A stretch of 54,377 nt of DNA, taken from NCBI RefSeq assembly GCF_001194135.2, contig NC_069004.1, forward strand, positions 298,344 through 352,720. Direction: 5' to 3'. This document shows, piece by piece, positions 48,677-54,377 of the stretch (position 1 is the stretch's first letter; each line of letters begins with the position of its first letter). The translations under genes were made by a program, and so were the position numbers. The notes beneath the pieces are model-generated. The model was not told the origin of the DNA and did not search any database. It saw nothing but the letters and a program-made list of their open reading frames with translations. Source of the DNA: Octopus bimaculoides (Eukaryota).

Positions 48677-49902
48677 CTAAAAAAGAGAAAATATATGATA
48701 TATATTATATATATAAACTGACAGGAAGATACACACACACACACACACACATTTAAGCAAGATTATATATAAATAAAATAACAGAAATCAAACACCGAAG
48801 ATGCAAAGAGCAACTTGCCATCCCCCCTCCCCCAACCCTAACTCTCCCCTGATATAAATATTCCCAGCACTCTTCTACATCACCCTTGGCCTGAACAGCC
48901 ACCCTCAGGCACCAGCACCCTTCGCACTCATCTAGATGAAGAGGCTCAATCACTGGCTACAGATCTGCTACTTGAATACAAGTTAATGCCGACAATATAC
49001 CTAGAGTTCTTTTTATCATACTCACCTGATGAAATGCATCTGCCAGTATTGCTGAATAGTAGTAATTAACACACTTTGTTGTTTGTAATACATCCAATCA
49101 TGAACAGCTGATAGTGAGGTATCAAAACAATTGTAATAAAGTATGATCAATCCATTTTCTCTTTATAAACTCTATGAATATTTACAGATTTCCACATGTA
49201 CATCCAGTGAAAGGCTATCTCCAGAAAACTGGAAAATGCAGAAATCCAGGACACTTCTAGTTCCAAGCTCACTGGATAATTGGTCTAGCATTGTATTGGG
49301 TTGTCACATAAGTTTGTTTGTTTGTTTTTTTTCTATTTATTTTAATCCTTTCAAATGTTATTTAAATTACCATGAAAAATATTCTAACATAGTGTTTTAT
49401 GATCTTTTTTTAGCAGCTCTATTTTTCCCCATACAACTTTTGGTTATCATTTTTGAAATTTGAATAAATTTTACTTTATTTCAGAAATATGATCTGGGAT
49501 GTGAATAAGAAAAAAAGAATTGAAAGAATTTATCTGGCAATCCAGTGTATCTAAATTTGTAGAACTATGCAAGCCATTCAAGCAGAGATTAATAATTAAA
49601 TGAATATTTTCATTGTACTATTTTCTTTTTCTTTTTAGCACCATTCTTCCTCTAGAACTTTTATTTATCATTTTTGATATTTGAATAAGTTTTACCTTAT
49701 TGCAAAAATATGATGATAGGGTGTAAAAAGAAAACTTTATCTGTACAGTATAGTACAAGTTATTAATTAAATAAATTCAGAGGAATATTCCCCACTACCA
49801 ACGTACACAATCCCACACCATTAAGAAAACCAATAACCCTAAAACAACTCTCAGTTGAACAATCAATCATTCATTTAATTTAAAAAAATGCTTATAACTC
49901 AC

Positions 49903-50040
49903 CCATATCCTGTGCCTTTTTTGGGTGGATTCGTGAAAATATTTCTTGAAGATGGTTTGAAGGGTGGTGCAGGCTTTGGTGTTGGACTCAGAGCAGGAAT
50001 TGGACCACCAATTGTTCCATAGTAAGAACCAACTCCACAA
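49903..50040 (-). CDS. CFAP96: CFAP96 exon: CGVGSYYGTIGGPIPALSPTPKPAPPFKPSSRNIFTNPPKKGTGYG
   Basis: Acceptor tttgcttcag, donor gtgagt, 138 bp (phase 2 to 2). Contains the conserved CGxGSYYGTIGGP and TNPxKKGTGYG motifs. Confidence 0.92.
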
Positions 50041-50544
50041 CTGAAGCAAATGATATGTGGTAATAATAAACGTCTAATTAATAACAGAAACTGATCTAAG
50101 GGAAATTACTCTAGACAGCCAATATCGATTTCGAAAATTCAGGTTGGTAGTTAATAGAATTATTTCCATTGTTCCGTAAAATTTCCTAGTGTTGTGTAGA
50201 AAATAGCTTCACAACCAAATGGTTCTGGGTTCAGTACTACGATGTGATACCTTCAGCAAGCGTCTTCTACTATAACCCCGGCCTGACCAAAACTTTATGA
50301 GAGGATCTGATAAATAGATGCTGAAAGAAGCCTGTCCTATATATATAAAGAATGCAAAAAATGGGACAAGGACGTAACAGGTGGCAACAAAACATCCAGA
50401 CAGTTAGATGATACAAAAAGGGACAAGAAAATACAAGGACAGGTCATTTTTGTTGTGATGTTGAGAGATTAACAGAGAATGCAGGCAAGGAGGAGGAGGA
50501 AGTAAAGCACATTCTCAAAGTAACACAAATAAAATATTACTCAC

Positions 50545-50752
50545 GATGTTTTAAATCCACTACTTGGAATGAATTCCTTTCCCAGGTTTTTCTTAGACTC
50601 TTTCTGACTGTATTGGCGTGCCAACCTTACTGGATCACAATAAGCTTCCCCTTCCATGATACGGGAAAATGTATCCGTAAAATAACCAGCTTGTGTAGCA
50701 GATATTTTTTTCACACCAGGAACATAAAAATTTTTACCTTTTATGTGTGGAC
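50545..50752 (-). CDS. CFAP96: CFAP96/C4orf47 (UPF0602 family) internal exon: GPHIKGKNFYVPGVKKISATQAGYFTDTFSRIMEGEAYCDPVRLARQYSQKESKKNLGKEFIPSSGFKTS
   Basis: Acceptor ttttgtttcaaag, donor gtgagt, 208 bp (phase 1 to 2). QAGYF..F.RI.EGE.Y and KKNLGK.F.PS.G match human C4orf47 as I recall it. Confidence 0.88.
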
Positions 50753-50804
50753 CTTTGAAACAAAAGTAGGATAAAAACAATAATAATAACAATAATAATG
50801 ATGA

Positions 50805-51210
50805 TGATTTCAAATTTTGGCACAAGGTTAGCAGTTATGTGGGGAGAGGATTAGTCATTTGCATTGACCCCAATTCTCAAATAGTACTTATTTTTATCAA
50901 CATTGAAAGAAGAGATGCAAACTCAACCTTGGTGGAGTTTGAACTCAGAATGAGAAGAGTTGCAAGAAATACTGCTAAGCATTTTGTCTGACACACTAAC
51001 GATTTTGCCAGCTCTGCACCTAAATAATGATAATAATAATAATCCTTTCTACTATAGGAAAAAGACCTGAAAATTTTGTGGGATGGTGGGGGGAGGCTAA
51101 TTGGTTTATTTGACCCCAGTACTTAACTAGTACTTCCTTTACCAACTCCAAAGAAGAAATACCATTAAGCATTTTGTCTGGCATGCTAACAATTCTACCA
51201 GCTCACCACT
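50805..51210 (-). mobile_element. Two adjacent degenerate family C SINEs
   Basis: caaattttggcacaagg...gagtttgaactcagaa...ctaagcattttgtctg at 50805-51010 and a deleted copy at 51030-51210. Confidence 0.7.
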
Positions 51211-51269
51211 AATTAATATTAATATAATAACAACAACAACAATAATAATGTTGCTGTTGTGTTGAGGAA

Positions 51270-52220
51270 GAAACATGCCTAGGTACAAGGGAGGAAGAGG
51301 CTTCATAACATGAAAGATCTGTGCTGTGAATGAGAAAAACAGTCTGGGATGGTACGTTGAACAGCAGATTGAAGCCTTGCTTGTTGCATGTTTGAAATAG
51401 CAACATGATACCTACCAAAAATGTGACACATTCAAAGACATTTAAAAAAACAAGATGAAGAACAAAGATTAAATAACTGGAAAATGAAAACAATGCATAG
51501 GTAATACTTCAGATAAATTGAAGGTCATTGACAAGACCAACACTTGGAGGTGGCTAAGAAAAAGTGATCCGAAAGGATGCATTGAGGCATTGATATGCAG
51601 CACTCAGGAAGAAGCTCTGAGAACTAATTACACCAAACTCGAAATAGTTAAGAGCAGTGAATTTCCCCTTTGTAGGATGTGTGACAAGAAAAACGAAACA
51701 ATACCACATGTTGTGAGTGGGTGTAGCAAATTGGCCCCAAAAGAATACAAAAGGTGGCATAATAATGTGGCTAAGTTTGTTCACTGGAGGTTGTGTGAGA
51801 AATATAGTCTTTAGAAAAACACAGAAATGGTGTGAACATGAGCCAGAAGACATCACTAAGAATACTGAATATAATATCTTGTGGGATTTTACAATCCAAT
51901 GTGACTCTCTAATAGATGCTCAACGACCAGACATTGCTGTAGTAAATAAAAGGGAAAAGAAAACTAAGATTATAGATGTTGTTGTACCAGGGGATACAGA
52001 CGAGCTAGAAAAGGTGAAAAAATACAAGTTACTAAAAGATAAATTTACAAGACAGTGGGCAATGAAGAGAATAACTGTCATCCAGTAGTTGTAGGGGTAC
52101 TGACAGCACTAACAATGAAGTTTGAGAAATATGTCAGAGAAATTGGAATTGACATGATGGTAGAGCATGCTCAAAAAACTGCTCTACTCGGGACAGTGAA
52201 GATTTTGAGATTGATATTTA
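51270..52220 (+). mobile_element. R4/Dong-type non-LTR retrotransposon 3' fragment (CCHC knuckle + RLE), frameshifted
   Basis: PRYKGGRG; LICSTQEEALRTN; CRMCDKKNETIPHVVSGC; KRWHNNVAKFVHW; ILWDFTIQCD...RPDI.VV...IIDVVVP; QKTALLGTVKILR. Confidence 0.92.
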
Positions 52221-52915
52221 GGAGTTATATAAAAAATAGCTTCCTTCAGATGTGCCACCACAGCAACAAGTGCCTGAAAATGTAAACATATGGACTGCAA
52301 TGCCTCTATACAAGAACGGCAAACCTGTGAGTGAAATTTTGATCACATATTAATCACATATGCATTCATTCATATCTATACAAGTACTCTCTATATATGC
52401 ACATTGCTCTTTCTTCTTGGTCTCTCACTTAAACATCAATAATAATTATAAATACCCAAGAAACATCAGCACATGTCCATGGGCAGTGTTCAGTCAAAAA
52501 GAAAATGCTGTAACCCATCTCTTCATGTCACTGCCCAAACAAATAACAAAATAAAAAAAAAAAAGAACGATGGACAGATACTGTGAAATGGTTGATTTAT
52601 GATTTACACACACTACTATGCAACACTTCTCCCAAAAACATACGGGTATAAACTCATACAGTAAATACCCAATAAATTAAACAAAGCCCACAACATGCAC
52701 CATAGAAGTCTGATACCCAACAGAAGAAAAGAACCAGCACTGCACAAACAACACACAATACAAAAACTAATACAACAAAGGACTAAAACCAAACCCCACA
52801 ACATATATATGAATTCGATTAGAGGTTGTGTTAACCTCATGAAAGGATGGTTTCATCCAAGGAAATACTGGTTCACCACCTAGTATTTTGGGGGAATTAA
52901 TTTCCTAAAAATAAT

Positions 52916-52961
<46 letters not shown>

Positions 52962-53041
52962 NNNNNNNNNNNNNNNNNNNNNNNNNNNNNNNNNNNNNNN
53001 NNNNNNNNNNNNNNNNNNNNNNNNNNNNNNNNNNNNNNNNN

Positions 53042-53345
53042 GTGTCTTCTATTATAGCGTCGGGCCGACCAAAGCCTTGTGAGTGGATTTGGTAGACGGA
53101 AACTGAAAGAAGCCCGTCGTATATATGTATGTATATGTATGTGTGTGTTTGTGTGTCTGTGTTTGTCCCCCCTAGCATTGCTTGACAACCGATGGTGGTG
53201 TGCTTACGTCCCCCGTAACTTAGCGGTTTAGCAAAAGAGATCGATAGAATAAGTACTAGGCTTACAAAGAATAAGCCCTGGGGTCGATTTTCTAAAGGCG
53301 GTGCTCCAGCATGGCCGCAGTCAAATGACTGAAACAAGTAAAAGA
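53042..53345 (+). mobile_element. Young family A SINE (head 5' part in gap)
   Basis: CpG-intact gtcttctattatagcgtcgggccgacc...ggcggtgctccagcatggccgcagtcaaatgactgaaacaagtaaaaga. Confidence 0.88.
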
Positions 53346-53364
53346 GAGTAAAGAGAGTATACAT

Positions 53365-54377
53365 ACATACATGATGGCCATCCACTCGTGACCGAGGAAG
53401 ACCATTGCCGACCTTCAGGAACATTGTGCGCTCTAGTACTAACTTACATGAGCCCTGCTCTTGATAAGCACACACGACCGCAGACATTGCAGATTAAGCT
53501 TTCCCCATTCACTATACGAGCTGTGCACTTTCGCGCAGCTCGCTTGAGTTCTTCATGCTGGATACGTGCTCTCTCAAAAGTTTTGATCCCCTCCTTAACC
53601 TGCTTCCTCCATCTGTGGAGATGACAGGCATTGTTCTCCCAGTCAGTGTCCTGCATATCACAGGCCTTTAATGAGGACTTGACACAGTCCTTAAAGCGCA
53701 GCCTTGGCTTCTGCCGGAGTCTCCTTCCATTCACAAGTTCTCCATAGAGCATCTGCTTAGGAATCCTGCTATCCTTTATTCTAATAAAGTGTCCAGTCCA
53801 GAGTAACCGATGCTTGTGCACCATCACCTCAATACTCAGGATATCAGCTGTCCTCAGGATCTGTGTGTCTGGAATCCTTGAGGTCCAGCCAACATTGAGA
53901 ATGTGCCTGAGACATCTCTGATGAAAGCGTTCAAGGACCCTTACCTGACGTTTGTACAGAGTCCATGTTTCACACGAGTAGCGGAGCGACATTAGTACAC
54001 AAGCACGGTACACAGCAACTTTTGTTTGCCTTGTTATGCCATGCTGGGACCAGACACGAGACTGAAGAGACCGGAAGGAATTAGTTGCTCTCTGCAACCT
54101 GAAACATATTTCCTCATCCAGGGAGCAAGAATGGCTGAGTGTGCTACCCAGGTAGACAAACTTGTCTACTACCTTCAGAATTGTTCCTTCAACCAAGATA
54201 GCTGGTTTCACATATGGATTTCCTGGTGCAGGCTGGAACATTATAACAGTCTTGTCCAGGCTAATGCTAAGTCCAAATGCCTTGCAAGAAGCAGAAATAC
54301 AATTCATGAGTATTTGCATGTCATCCACTGTATGAGTGACCAAGTCACAGTCATCTGCATAAAGGAGGTCACGAATA
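53365..54377 (-). mobile_element. RTE-clade LINE 3' end: RT YADD motif to C-terminal Cys motif, 3' UTR and (TATG)n tail; runs off the window
   Basis: Uninterrupted frame IRDLLYADDCDLV...FGLSISLDKT...KFVYLGS...RYSCETWTLY...LLWTGHFIRI..SRIPKQMLYGEL...CNVCGRVCLSRAGL from 54376 to 53444. Confidence 0.95.

Noticed and set aside
49867-50049. Track ORF MLQLWSWFLL...
   Set aside because: It is the wrong frame over the real CFAP96 exon 49903-50040.
52480-52537. SECIS-like hairpin on the - strand (9-bp outer stem, AUGA...GA)
   Set aside because: Helix II is short and irregular, there is no apical AA motif, and no selenoprotein-like UGA ORF lies upstream.
52500-52540. GSDMKR / EEMGYSI fragments resembling the missing CFAP96 N-terminus
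   Set aside because: They overlap in different frames, lack the intervening IGLF segment and have no donor; likely coincidence.

Overview
AT-rich, repeat-dense animal genomic DNA with several N gaps. The SINE/LINE repertoire and very high microsatellite density suggest an octopus (coleoid cephalopod); this is my inference, not a database result. Two convergent protein-coding genes are recoverable by reading splice sites, and the ORF track shows neither correctly. (1) A + strand gene with one giant ~4.55-kb exon (28957-33506), which the track splits in two at an N gap inside a poly-proline tract, plus a short last exon (35018-35096). It encodes a ~1,530-aa, largely disordered protein that I cannot assign to a family. 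It has an MGQNLS myristoylation-type start, a KKRQAPLPPP motif, poly-Pro, weak WH2-like motifs and a C-terminal DSGxxxS/YSKL tail. (2) A - strand CFAP96 (C4orf47) orthologue with six phase-consistent exons between 50752 and 40192; its first coding exon appears to lie outside the window. The rest is mobile-element debris: at least four tRNA-derived or related SINE families; RTE, CR1, R4/Dong, Hero-like and Penelope-like retroelement fragments; a dead mariner; a hAT-type element with an 8-bp TSD; MITE-like inverted repeats; and mini/microsatellites. Oddities include a decayed hammerhead-like motif, a 112-bp locally duplicated insertion inside the mariner, a minisatellite born from an RT coding motif, a palindromic telomere-repeat tract and a near-perfect 57-nt hairpin. 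I found no rRNA, true tRNA gene or CRISPR array. Repeat boundaries are approximate unless TSD/TIR coordinates are given.
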